A stretch of DNA of 47,838 nt, from positions 1 through 47,838 of the forward strand of contig DF237592.1 of the NCBI GenBank assembly GCA_000708835.1, in the 5' to 3' direction. Source of the stretch: Klebsormidium nitens. Lineage: Eukaryota; Plantae; Klebsormidiophyceae. Shown in pieces: positions 22,426 to 35,002 of this stretch. Every line of letters begins with the position of its first letter. Positions within the stretch are counted from its first letter, which is position 1. The notes beneath the pieces are model-generated. The model was not told the DNA's origin. It saw nothing but the letters and a program-made list of their open reading frames with translations, and made no database searches. The position numbers and the translations under genes were made by a program.

Positions 22426-24989
22426 GCTGCCACCATGCCTCCAGTCCGGACACATGAGGCCGATGGCTCCATCCGCTCTTTCCTGGAGAGTGCCGGTGTG
22501 CCAAAGACTGAGCTAGACAAGGCGCTCACCAAGTGTCCCCGCCTAAATGACGTCAGCGTAGAGGGCCGTCTGCGCCCCAATGTGGAATACCTCAGGAGCA
22601 TCGGCGTAAAGAGAAAGGACCTCGGCAAGATGATTGCTCGCCACCCCATGGTTAGTTGCGCGAGACTTCTGGTGCAGGTTTGGGCTTGTGTGCAGACTTG
22701 TCGCAAATTACAAGCATATAGAAGGCCCTGTGGAGTGTGTAGAACATCCTTGTTTACCTGTTTTTGTGCATTTTAAAGCGCAACTCTTGTGCTCGCAAGA
22801 AGCTGTTTTTTGTGCTTTCAAAAGTAGACGAGGTTTTTGTGTAGCAAGCACTTTCAAGTTAGCTATGGTATGCAAGGGCTGCAAGACTGATTGACTTTCA
22901 AGAAACCCTCCCTTCAGAAACCCTTTGCTGCAGCTTGTTGCACATTGGCTCAGATTCCACCAAATTCCCCACCACACCTTACCCATTCATCTCATTATCA
23001 GCGCTGTGCAAGCCTCCCTTGCAAAGTCCCGCGGCCTTTCTTTCTGTACTTATGTTAGCACGCTGACCCGTATCATACCCTAAGCAACGTCGCGCCTTTC
23101 TCAGGCAGATTCATTTCTGGCTTCGATCAGAAAGAGTTGCCATTCAGGAGGAGGCAGGAAAGAGGACGGTCTTGGTCTGAGAAGCACCGAGGGTGCTGCG
23201 GCAACAATATAGCCCCTTGTCCTTGACCAGACTCTCTTCTTCCCCTGGGCTGGAACCCTCTCCTCAAAACGCCCCTTCTCTTTGGCTATGCTCAAGTCAG
23301 CAGCCTTCTGGCAGCCACACTGAGCATGTGCCTATTTCCGGCAGGTGCTGGCGTACAGCATGGAGGAGAAGTTTGTGCCGATGGTGGAGTGCCTGCAGGG
23401 CCTCGGCGTCAAGAAGGAGCAGGTTGGCCTGCTCATCACGCGCTTCCCCCAGGTGCTGGGCCACTCCGTCGAGGAGAAGCTCGTGCCCACCCTCGCCTTC
23501 CTGCAGGTCAGTGCGTCCGCAATTCTGTGCTGTTCACGTGCAATTCTATGAAGATTATCGGGGCTGTGCTTAGGACAGTGTTCAACGTATTTGTGTGTTG
23601 AGTGCTGGATTGCTCCCCTTTCTTAGATCAGATGACTGCGTTTGTTTGTGTGGCTGACTGTTAAGCAGTGTGCTGAGTTGCCTGCAAGTGCGCACTTCAG
23701 CGAATCATGCTGTAATTTTCATCCTGACGCCCCAAGCGTAGAGCATCTGGTGTGCCTGAAGTTTTCAGAAGTGGTCGGAGTGCCTGGCTCCTTGTTAGAT
23801 CGAAGACCAGGCAGCTGCTCTAATTCAGCTTGGACTTCTCTTCCACAGACTTGCACTTTTCCCTTTCATCTCAATCATGCTGCGGGTGCCAGGAGTGGAT
23901 GTTTCTCGGGCTCCCTTTCTACCTGTCTGCTCCGAAGTCAGCTCCTGAATCGTTTTCGATCTCTTTTCCAGGGCGTCGGTGTCAAAGTCGCCGACATGGG
24001 CAAGCTTTTCGCCGGCTTCCCCCGCCTGCTCAGCTACAGCGTGGACCGCAAGCTGCAGCCCGTCGTGGAGTTCCTGGCCTCTGCCGGAATCAAGTCCGAG
24101 GACATCGGACGCGTCGTGACCAAGTGCCCGCAGCTCTTCTGCTACAGCATCGAGGCGCGCCTGCGCCCCGTCGTCGAGTTCCTCAAGAGCATCGGCGTCC
24201 AGGACACCGCCCTCGCCAAGGTGGTGCTGCGCGCGCCGCACGTGTTGAGCCGCAACGTCGAGACGGTGCTCAAGCCGGCGTATGAGTCCATCCTCGCCAT
24301 GGGCTTCAGCCCTGACAAGGTGCGCGGATTGTCGGGTTTGGTGCTGAGTCAGGTTTGCGGTTCTTTTGAGACAATTGCTGACCTGGTCGTTCATGAGGTC
24401 AAGCTTTCTTCATGAGGAGAAGCTGACTTTAGCTCGTTTATTTGGAAGTGATTGTTACCGGATACTTTGTCCTTGCACCTATTGCTCACCGCTTTTGCCA
24501 AAGCTCCGAACCACCGGGCTCTTGCTTCTGTTTGATTCTGCTCAGGCGACCAAGACAGTAGTGTCAAACGGACGCCCGCTTTCGGCCTCCTTGTGATACT
24601 GTCGGACGCCCTAGCGTCAGTTCGCTTGGGTCTTGCACTCAATCTTCGATCACCCCTAACCCTTTTTTGTAACCCTCTTTTCCATTCAGGTCGCCCAGAT
24701 GGTGGTCAGCTACCCTGACCTGCTGGCCAAGGACGTGACCAACTCCCTGGCCCCCAAGCTGGAGTACCTCACGAACGCGATGGGCCGCACCGTCGACGAT
24801 GCCGTTGCGTACCCCGAGTTCTTCAGCTACAGCCTGAAGCGGAGGATAGAGCCCAGGCACAGGAGGCTAACAGAGCACAACGTGACGTCCTTCACGCTGA
24901 GCAACATGCTCTCTGGCAACGATAGGAAGTTCTACTCGCGCTTTGGGGTCGCCACGCTGCCCGCCAACCTGATTCCGGGCACAGCGTAA
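22426..24989 (+). CDS. mTERF family protein (organellar transcription termination factor family); 5' exon(s) not resolved
   Basis: Phase-0 exons 22426-22650, 23345-23506, 23972-24319, 24690-24989. Typical mTERF repeats (KCPQLFCYSIEARLRPVVEFLKSIGV; RFPQVLGHSVEEKLVP; YPEFFSYSLKRRIEPRH). Confidence 0.9.
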
Positions 24990-25791
24990 CTGGTCGTGGT
25001 CTTGAGTGCCACACACGGATTGTGCGGAAGTGAGCTGGGAAGAGGTTTTGGGTCATGGACCCAAGTAGAAGGTCTTTGAGCAACCCTGAGTTTTATGGCT
25101 CTTCTTAACCCGGCAGGGCCGTTTTAGGCCCTTTCGTATGAGGGCTTAAATGCGTGCATGCATCTTTGCTCCTCAATCATGACCAACAAGCAACCAGGCC
25201 GCCATGTTGTCCAGCAGCCATCCCTTATTGAAGACGCGCTCCAGCAGTAATAGTTGCACACGAGGAATGGCCTTGATTCCGATGCATTATCATGCAAGCT
25301 CTTTGTTCTTTCTGTTATCGTAGGTCATTCCTTTGTGGGCCATTTTAATCTGCGTACTTATCAGATGAAGAAGTTGCATGGTCAACAGATTCTATCAATT
25401 TCAAATACGGTGCTCCATGGCTTTGATGGGGCGTTGATGTTTGCATTAGAATTCATGCATGTGGTCAAATATAGTGTTCAATATCAAGCTAGCAACAGAT
25501 CGCGATCGGCCTGCAGAACATTTGGTTCCTTAGAAATCATGTAATCAAAGGACAGTGTAAATCTAGATTCCAGGCGGCAATGCCAGCCATAATGGCGGAG
25601 GATTGCTATCATTCGGCGACGTCGACATGCCTCGACGATTCATTCAAATGCCAACTACCTACAGTAGCTAGTACGGTAGTTATGGTCGTTGTCTCCATCC
25701 AATATTGTCATAAAACATATGATGGCGGCCGGCGGGCCACGGTGAGTAGTATCGACTCGGACGTACCGTACTCTGATGTCAGTGTACCGTA

Positions 25792-26044
25792 CTGCCATTC
25801 CCATTCGCACTAAAATGATTATTTTAAGGACAGTGCGAAAAAAAATAAACTAAATTGCGACTGAGGTGCGAAAATGCGAAATAAGAAAACAATTAGAAAA
25901 GTCACATTTGTGGCTTTTTGGAGTGGGAAAAAACGAAAAATAGGTCTTTTGCGAAAAATTTGGAAATTATTTGAAGCCGGTGCGAAAACAAAAAACTTTC
26001 GAAAATAAATATTCGCACCAGCATGGTGCGAATGGGAATGGCAG
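25792..26044. mobile_element. MITE with ~19-22 bp TIRs and TA target duplication (Tc1/mariner-like)
   Basis: gtactgccattcccattcgcac (25789-25810) is the perfect reverse complement of 26026-26047. TA flanks both ends, and the AT-rich interior carries several tgcgaaa motifs. Confidence 0.75.
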
Positions 26045-27317
26045 TACCCTGACTGGCATAAACTTCTTGTCCCCTAGAATGTTCAGATAAATATGTGCAT
26101 CGGACGGTTCAGAACCAGAGGAAGTGACATCGACGGTCACTTCCGCTGAATCCCCGGGCACTTTCAGCGGTTGCCCAAGACTGACAAAGTGCTCAGTAAA
26201 ACCAAAGTCCCGGAAGTCAAGGCCTAAACCGGAACATCTACAGCCAGTAATTTGAAGCAGAAGACTGCCGCAATGGCTGCCTTGTGCTCAGGGCTTGAGG
26301 AGGCAGGGACGGGCTGTGGGGGGAGAGTAGAAGGTCTTTCTCCACAAACTTTGCATTTCAGCAAGCTAGGATTGCTTTTTGTAGAGCAGTCTTGCCGTTG
26401 AGATTGCAAAATTTGATGTATAGTTGCCCCGGCGACTTTCAACAAAACCTCCATTGCGCCTCCGAGGCTCCTTTTAGGGTTGAAAGGCACATTTTGGATT
26501 TGGGGGGAGAATGTGCATCAAATTTACCTTTGAAAGCAGCTGGTATTCAATTTATAGGTTGCACATAGCTTCAGGTTGCCGTTGGGTTTGAGAAATTTTG
26601 GTCATGGGTGCTGCTCCCAGCTCATTTCAGCCATGTCGGCAGCCATGGCGGCCAGTCTGAGGTGCTGGGCAAAATAACAATTTTGGACTTCACCACTTTC
26701 GGGCGCTGTCCCTCCTTTCTGCGACCTTTAGGCGGGGGATGGACTCAGCCTTCTGTTCAGCAAAGGCAATCGGCGTACCGTCCGATCTTAGAAAATAGAA
26801 CGATTTCACCGTTGGATGCCCGGACTGCGCCCGGTACGCCAAAAATTACTTAACCAGGCCAGCGGACGGAGGTTCATGCCAGACAGGAGTACGGTACATT
26901 ACTGGCATGATGGTCACATGATCGAGGAAACAAATTTTGGCGCGAAATCTTAGTGAAGCTTGCACGATGCCGACAAGTGTCCGCTTGTGAATGGGTCAGG
27001 ATTAGGCCGATTTACGTCAGCAAGCGATCTGACCAACCAGCGTTCAGTATTCTATGAGACGCAAGCTAGAATATGGGCAGGCCTGTGTACTACCGTACCT
27101 AGTAGGTACACAGCGTAGGCTGCGTAGCCTGTAGGGAGCCTGTAGGTACCAGGACTTGACAAAAGTTTATCAGGGACGAAAGGAAGTAGAAGGTTTTGAA
27201 GGGAGCACTTCGGGGATTGGAAGTCGTCTTTGATAGAAGCAGGCAAGCATTCAGGGACCATTTTTTACGTTCATGTGTAGATAGTTTGTTGGATTGGGCG
27301 ACAGGCTTAAACTTGCG

Positions 27318-28120
27318 ATGGAAGAAAGAGCGGGATTCCATGGTTACTTGAAGCGGACATGGGAAACCGCACAAGCAGCTTTTGGGCGGGCATGGGAGTA
27401 CACCCCAAAAGGGTTTGGATATGCACCACTGGTCGAAGAAGCAGGTAAGTTACCCGGGCTCTACTATATGGTCTGGAAGGTGATCCGAGTGTATTGGCCT
27501 CTCAAAAATCATTGGCCTCTGGAAAGTGTCTCACGTCCATTTGCTGGCGCAAACATGCATTAAAAATCACGCCACATTACCAGTCTTTTATATCGCACTT
27601 TTGCTGTATTGCTTGAATCAGCAGACAATTCTAAGATAGCTGTCCAATCTCGGTACCCTTTCCTGCTGGCCTTTTCTGTTTGCATGCATGCACTACGAGA
27701 AACAGGTCACCATAGTACTTACAGCTTGAAAACTTATCAAGAGCTATTCACTCTGCAGTGCTTGTGCTTGCGCCTTGCTGACTTGGATTTTGGCAGCTTC
27801 CTGATGCTAAATTGAGAGCAATTTACCTGCTGTCAAGATTCAGTTTACCTGCTGTCAAGGTTCTTAAGGAAACTTTTTGAGCAGAGGTAGCTTCAATTTA
27901 CCATCTCAAGGATTCCAAGATTAGTCAGCCCAGCCCAAATTGAAGTCTAAAATCTCACCTGTTACAGTGAAGCAAGAGGTCGAGCAACAAGAGGCAGAGC
28001 AGTCCAAGCCTCCCCCGGCCAAAAAGCGACGCTTGATGGACACGAATGCACCAGATACTCCATCCGCTGATGCTCGGCCAATTGGTTTCAAGGCGCCTGC
28101 CCAGTCAGATGTTACCCCGG
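27318..28120 (+). CDS. Possible hypothetical protein (partial; NLS-like PPAKKRRL)
   Basis: Exon 27318-27444 (G|GTAAGT) and a phase-compatible exon 27929-28120 (G|GTGAGA). Other exons not resolved. Confidence 0.3.
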
Positions 28121-29656
28121 GTGAGACAAGCTGGCACTTACTTGCAGATTTGCAGTCAAACATGCACATATGCATGTCTGATCGCACCTGGTCTTTGAAA
28201 AGCATCTGCTTGCTGTGCGATCAATTGTGTCGTTCAAACAACATTGCAGTTCAGGGATTGAAAGCCTGTGATGTGTTCCCTTGAGAGCACAAGCGGTTGG
28301 AGAAAAACCTGCAACTTGTGTGCAAAGATTGTTGAGCATTGCAATTGTCAAAATGTTGAAGAAGTACTTGCTGAATTTCTGGTCGTGCTTGCAAAGAAAG
28401 GAGGTGTTCCTTAGCTTGTCGGTCAGAAGGTGCATGACGTAGCTTTGAGAAGAATCTGTTGGCCGACCATCATCTGTAATTGCTTCATGTGGAATGTGGG
28501 TAAATGAGCGGAAATCTCCGTACAGCTTTCATACAGGGATACTTTACAGTCTCTGCTATTATTTGCTCGGAGCAGTAAAGGTGGGCCACCAGATAGATAG
28601 TGGAAAGATCACTGGGCCACCTTAGGGCCAGAAGGCTGCACTTGTGCCAAATTCTTTGAGGATCGTCTGTGATGCAACTTCTGTGTCTCTGCCGTTGTTG
28701 ATCTCTGCGTGGACCATTGCAGGTGACACCAATGTGAGCACTTTCACAGAAGATACCAGCGAACTCAGGAGCCCAGAGGTAAATGGAACTTTGGTTTTTG
28801 ACACAGTATCTCTACTGCTTTATGCAAGTGTGCATAGATTCAGTTTGGACCGATAGTACGGTTGTCCATACCTTGGAGTCATTTTTAGAGGAACTTATGA
28901 GTCGCTTTTTAGTAGCAGTGTCTCTGAAGTCATAGGTTCTGCTACTGTGTGTTGGCATGCTGGTCATAGAGTGCGTATCTCTAAAAGAGAATGCCTTCGA
29001 TCACCTGTGCTTTAAAACTGCACTGGTCAGGCGCGTTGAATCTGCTATGCTGAGGTGCAAGCGGTGGTGGTTTGCTTTTTCCAATGTGTCATAGCTTGAC
29101 AATGTTTCGGCTTTCTTTGGCCTTTGGTGTACTCTGATACTCACGAACAAAGATGGTAGTGTTCTCTTCGGCATGCGAATGTTTATGGAGGTCTTTCAGG
29201 AGCCAATGCAAGGACGCAAGCCAGGAAGTAGAATGTGATACAGCACTTGCTTCGAACTTCCTCTCACAGTGAGGACGATATATTTTCTGAAATACTAGCG
29301 ATGTCTCAAAATTCAGGAAAGTGGTTCGCAGGGCCACAGGGTATCAAGGGCTGCATTGCCCTTTGTGGAAGTCTGTCTTAGCCTGTGAAGGCGAGAAATC
29401 ACAAAGACAGTCCAAAACCTCAGAAGAACAATGGAACAGTTTTGGCGCTCGCCATAGCTCAAATCGGATGTTCTGCAAGGTTTCTGTACTGGGGATTAGT
29501 TGGTCATGTTGCCGCGCCCATGCTTGTAGGGTCACATATCACGGTTCTTCCGGCACTGGAAGTCTGGTCCCAATTCATTATCTCAAAAGAATTTCACGAC
29601 AGAGCCAATAAGTTCACTCCTGCTTCTGTTCCTCAATATCGTTCACCGATGTACAG

Positions 29657-32048
29657 TCCCGGCGGCGGACTAAGCCACGGCGTCTGACCAAGCGGCCCGC
29701 AAGCCAGAAGGAGGCCATAACGACCGCACGCGAGCTGGTGCGCAACCTGGGGGGTACGTTTGTGGAGCAGCTCGGGATCGATCTGGCGGAGGGATCCCCC
29801 GAGGCAATCGACAAGTGGTTCTTGTGGGCGCTGCTGTTCAACCACCGCATCTCAGCAAACATTGTGTTCAAGACGCATCAGGTCAGTGCTTGTTTGCAAT
29901 GAGGACTCAGATGAGCGATTGGTGGCGTGGTCGGATGATGTTGCGGGTGCAGCTCATGCTTGTCTGAGCTGCTTGGAGAAGGGGAGCTCTGCATTTGTCT
30001 ACTTCTCAGATAGCACGAAGTTTTCGTCTGTCTCTGCTTGTTTGGTAGAGGGATGTATTGGGAGTGAAGACTCCGTTCCAAGTGCCGTTGATTCAGGAGA
30101 GGCTGCGGGAAAGGGATGTAGCTAGGCTACAGAGTAGTTTGTGATGCAAGCATTTCCATCGGGGCTTGAAACACAAGGAGTGTTGCTAGGACCTTGAGAG
30201 TTAGAACCTGTAAGCGGTTGTCATTCCTCCCATCTTTCAGTCCGTCAGAAGGTCTTTCGCAATACAAAAGCAGGAAGCTTCTGAAAACATAGGGAAGTCG
30301 CAACAAAGTTGAGAGACTCCTGTGCCCACTCAGTTCTGAGAAGCCCGTCGACCCTCGTGTCTTGCCTGTGAAATTACTGGCTTGTTCAGTCAACAGAAGT
30401 TATGAACTCTGCGATTGTCGGTGCAAGGCTGGGGATCACAGTCTTCGGTTTCTCCTGCACAGCCTACTAATATGGGCTGGCAAAACTCGATCTGCGCCGA
30501 ACACGGAACTAGAGCCGTTCAACATCTGCAATCGGATGGCTCTAGTAATCTTGAAAAGGGGCATACAAAGTTGGGGAAGGCGACTGACTGTGACAAGCGG
30601 TGCAATACAATTTCTCCAGTCTTGTTAGAACTCGACTCACAGGACATATCCCCTACAGGAATATCCCAAGTAAGCGCCTTTTTATCCACCCGTCCGCTTT
30701 GGAATAGCCCAAACTCGCGTACATAGACGTGACCAAAGACGTCTTCAGCTTTTGATTCCAAGGTTGCCGCATCCAGGTGCTCGCGGACGCCGGCCTGGTG
30801 CGTCCGCAGGACGCGTCCGACTTCGGACAAGAGCAGCTGGCGGAGCTGCTGCAGCAGGGCGGGTACACGCACTACATGCAGCAGACGGCGGCGCGGCTCA
30901 AGCGCGTGGCGGAGCAACTAGAGGAGGGCCCGCACCAGACGGTGGCGGATCTTAAGGCAATCGCGGACCCGCGCGCGCTGGAGCGCGAGGTGGAGAAGCT
31001 GCACGGAGCGGGGCGCAGCACGGCCATACTCTTCCTCAGGTAAAGCGACTTCGAGTGGGATCCTTGTAAATCTGGCTAGGGAATCCGAGGATCCGTCTTT
31101 GAGAGGTGGACTGTTGGGTGATGTTTTTCATCTGACTTTTGCATCTGGCTCTGGAAGTGCTGGTTCTTGAGTACGGTTTTTGGATTCTGTAGTTCGGCAC
31201 GTGTGACTGGAAGCTGACGTAGAGCAGGTCCAGCCTTGATCGGAGCGACAACACCTGGCAATTCTGTCGACAACTCGGCGCTCATTGCTAACCTTTGTGC
31301 AGGCCTTCTTTTTCTTGGCGGACGAGGCCGCTCGGTGTCCAACAACTTCGTTCGTTTCTGGCCACCGTTGGATCGTCCTTATCTTTGCGGCACTCTGGGG
31401 TCAACAATGGATACGTCCCGTGGAACTTGTCACTCACCATCGCTGGATTCTTCTTGGTGTGAATTTTGTTGCTCGTGACTTTGTCCAACCTTTTCTATTC
31501 AAGAGCCCAATAGATAGGGAGCACACCTGTGTGAAACGCAGTATGTCACTGCCACAATGGCATTAACGACTTCTGTTAAACGGTCTGTGTAACGAGTTTG
31601 TGACCGTTCTCGAGCGCAATCAAAAGCAGCTGCGGACTGATTGGAAATCAATTGCTCTTTTTGCAGGGAGCTGCGGGGCATCTGGCCCGGCGCGCAGCCC
31701 GAGTTCGACGACCGGGTCATTCGCGCGGCCGCCCACTTGGGGCTCCTCGACTTTGTGGACGAGGCAACCAAGAAGAAGACAAACCTTTCCGAGCCCGGGG
31801 GCGAGCAGGCAGCCCAGCTTCTGGGCTCGCCGCACCCCCTGGAAGAGTTGGCGGAGAAGGCTGGAGTGGGCATCCGGGACTTGGAAGCGGCGCTCGTGCG
31901 GGTATCGTTGGTGCACTCGCACCAGTATAAAACCTGCGGGGGTGCTTCGATGTGTGAGGGACTAGAGGGAAAAGAGGGCGGCAACATAGTGGTTGGGAGT
32001 CCGAGTAAGAAGAAGGGGCTGAAGGGAGGGGACAAGAATGTCCGGTAG
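29657..32048 (+). CDS. HhH-GPD superfamily (endonuclease III-related) DNA glycosylase-like protein of prokaryotic type; 5' end uncertain
   Basis: Exons 29657-29881, 30777-31039, 31667-32048, frame-consistent. Sequence LGIDL...KWFLWALLFNHRISANI...GGYTHY...EKLHGAGRSTAILFLRELRGIWPGAQPEFDDRV contains an HhH motif and a downstream Pro/Asp segment. No 4Fe-4S Cys cluster motif seen. Confidence 0.8.
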
Positions 32049-33431
32049 GCCTGGAGAAGACGGACTAGAGAGCACAAGGTGGGCGGGACGAGCTTGTTCG
32101 AGCGGTGACCAGATGATAGCACAATTGAAAGAACAAAGCAGGGCCGGCGGACAAAAAACCTCTCAACTTGACATGCACCGGCAAAGTGTAAGGGTGTTCG
32201 AACCTGAGCATGGCTTTAGGCTGCAACCTGCAGTCATTTATGAAAGTTGGGATTTGCTTCTTGTCATTTGTGAAGATTCAACAGATTCAAACGTGACTCT
32301 GCCCGTTTGAGGCGAGAAAAACTGAATCTCATTCTCCATTCGCAATGCCTGTGAAGCGAGGACCTATACATAAGATGGTAAAAGGTCTGACGTTTTTGCA
32401 ACCAATGCCATAACGAGAACCTCAACCTCAAGGAGTACGTGCTGTGGGGAGTGACAAAACAGCTAGGCTCAATCAAAGAAACGATCCCCATAAGGAAGCA
32501 CGCTACCCCCATACATGCACACCACGATAGGTGCAGGGATCACATGGTCCTAGTGGGGCCGCCATGCTTGTCACATGCGGATGGGTAGTCTCATGTCCAC
32601 TACAGCATCAATGCATTTTGAGCGATATCGACCCAGCTGCATGTCGAAACCTGCACCGCAAGATTACGTGGTGTCATTGCGATTGCATGAGATCGAGCTA
32701 TGTTTTTTGTTGAACGGCAGTCGGACCGCCCGCACATGCGCTCTAGAGCCTGCATAGCCTTTTCGACCGGTCTAACGCTAGCCAAAAACTTTTGCATGAC
32801 GAACAACGAAGCTTATTTTCCGGCTCAATTCATGAGATTCAGGCTCTCCCTTGAATCTCGCATGCCATGGTGATGTACTGGCATGGCTTGCGGGCCTACA
32901 TCGATCAATCAAGCATGCGCATCGATCAGTGTCATGGCGATTGATGTTCTTGTGAGTCGGACTGATTTCGACTTTGCACCTCCAACATTCTGCGCATTTC
33001 ATGATATTAAGAAGCACCCCACCAAAAGGTTTGGCAGTCGCTTGACACTGCAGGGCAAGCCGACTTTGCGCACGACTCGGATGCTACAATCTTGCACAGA
33101 GAGCGCGCATACCTTACTAAGGCAAGCATTTGCCAAGTCCTTCATTCGGCTTGCGAAGCAGCTCTGCTGCCCAAAGCTTTTACGTGAGTCTGGCTATGCA
33201 GCCTGTAAGCCAGCTCTTCGGTAGTATTCCAGCTTTTTAAGCACGATCCACTTTTCAAGAGATAGCGAGCTGACAGGCATGCTGTAGGGGGAACAAGATT
33301 GGAAGCCACTGGTACGAATTGCCTAGAGTGTTTTGAAGAGCGTGAGATTGTAAAGGACATTGATCCTTTTACGTGAATATATATCGGAGTGTCTCTTTTC
33401 TACAGGCTGCAAGCACGACAACCAAGGCGAG

Positions 33432-35002
33432 ATGGAGGACCAAGTCATTGATCGCGCGTCCCAACTTCTTTCCAATGATCCTAGGACCCTGCAACAAGCA
33501 CACGTAGCTCTCGAATCAACCAAGGCGAACAACCCCATTGGCCACACATTCTTCCCAAGATTGGTTCAAGAACTAGCAGTCTACCAGCAAGGGGCTGTTG
33601 TGAAGAAGTTGATGAGTCAGGCGCTTGGCCAGAGCAGCCCAACAAGGGCTGAAACTTCGGAAAGCGTCAACGATGCCTTCAGGCGCTCTACCATTGCAGA
33701 GAGCGGAACAGAACTTGCTCAAGCGTCCTTGTTCGCCCTCGTCAGCCTCTCTTCGAGCAAGGCCTTTGCGCTCTTCTGTCAGGACAATCTGGGGGTTAGC
33801 GAGGAGCTTCTGTGCTTCTTTTTGGAGAACCTCAAGGCTGCAAGGGCTTCTACAGCTGTTGAAGATCTTTTCAACACCGCCGACTACGGAGCGGACCGTG
33901 GCCATCTTGCGGCTGCCTGCCTTGATGGACTAATCTACCACGCGCGCGCTTCGGAGAAATTCCGTCAGCACATCCGTGGGCATGCGAGAGTGCTTCCCGC
34001 CGTCCTGTCTCTCTTCGAGGACGACACCATCAAGCAAATGAGTAATGAGGTCCTCGTAAGTGTCAGGCAAGGAGTGACAAGTCTGGTTCTGGCCCTTGCT
34101 CTTCCAAAGGACAGCCAAGAGTGGATGATTGAGCAAGGGTACCTCCGGCTCTTGGGAAGTATCTGTGGCTCCGGCATCAGAAGACGCTTTGACGATGGAG
34201 ACAAGTGTCCGGGCGGTTGTCTGTTCGTCATCCTTCGTTTGGTGGAAAATTCAGCCCTTGTTAGGAAAATGAGAGAAGCAAGAGTGCTGTCTATCTTCGA
34301 CCCTTACTCAAGATCGGTCGACTCAGCATTGCCTGGGGTTTGGCAAGTCGTCAAAGAACTGCTCGATGACAGATGTAGGATTTCCCGAGCCAAGGTGCCG
34401 AAACCTGCAATTTGGAGCCAGGCTGTCAAGCGAATGCATGATGTAGATGTGCCAACGGTCTGTTCGTGGGAAGGTTGCTCTGAGGGAGAGGACCAAGCTT
34501 CGGAACTGCTCGGCGAAATCGATCTCGAGAAGTACTTGACGGAGACGAGGAGGAAAAAGTTCAGCAGATGTGGGCGCTGCGCGGCTGCGTACTACTGCAG
34601 GTAAGCATGACCTAGTTTTGTCGAATAACTGCAAGATGTTGCAGATCTTTGTACATACACGAAAACATTCTAATACTAGTCGATCAGTACGTTACCTAGT
34701 CGAGCATCCGCTAAGCGTATGCGCGGTGGAGGCATGGCGCTTGGGACAAACAGTGACAATTTCTTGCAAGCCTTATGGAGTTCGAGGAAGTTGAACGTTT
34801 CATTGTTTTTCGGGTCCTTCTTGTGTTCTTCTTTTCAGCTCCGGGTGCGGTCCAGTCAGAGCCAGCTGCAGGAGGTGATCTCGCACGTCGATTGCTTCTG
34901 AAAAATTGATACAGTCTCTACTCTTGATGCGCCTGCAGCAAGGATCATCAGAAGCTACATTGGCCAACGCACAAGAAGCACTGCTTCAGGAATGAGTGTT
35001 AG
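33432..35002 (+). CDS. MYND-type zinc finger protein with a long helical N-terminal region (~410 aa)
   Basis: Exon 33432-34600 (AG|GTAAGC) plus exon 34939-35002 gives CSWEGC...CGRCAAAYYCSKDHQKLHWPTHKKHC, a canonical MYND pattern with an insertion after the first Cys pair. An acceptor at ~33404 suggests an upstream exon. Confidence 0.85.

Noticed and set aside
23642-24415. 257-aa ORF as a stand-alone protein
   Set aside because: Only 23972-24319 is mTERF exon; the remainder is intron that happens to be open.
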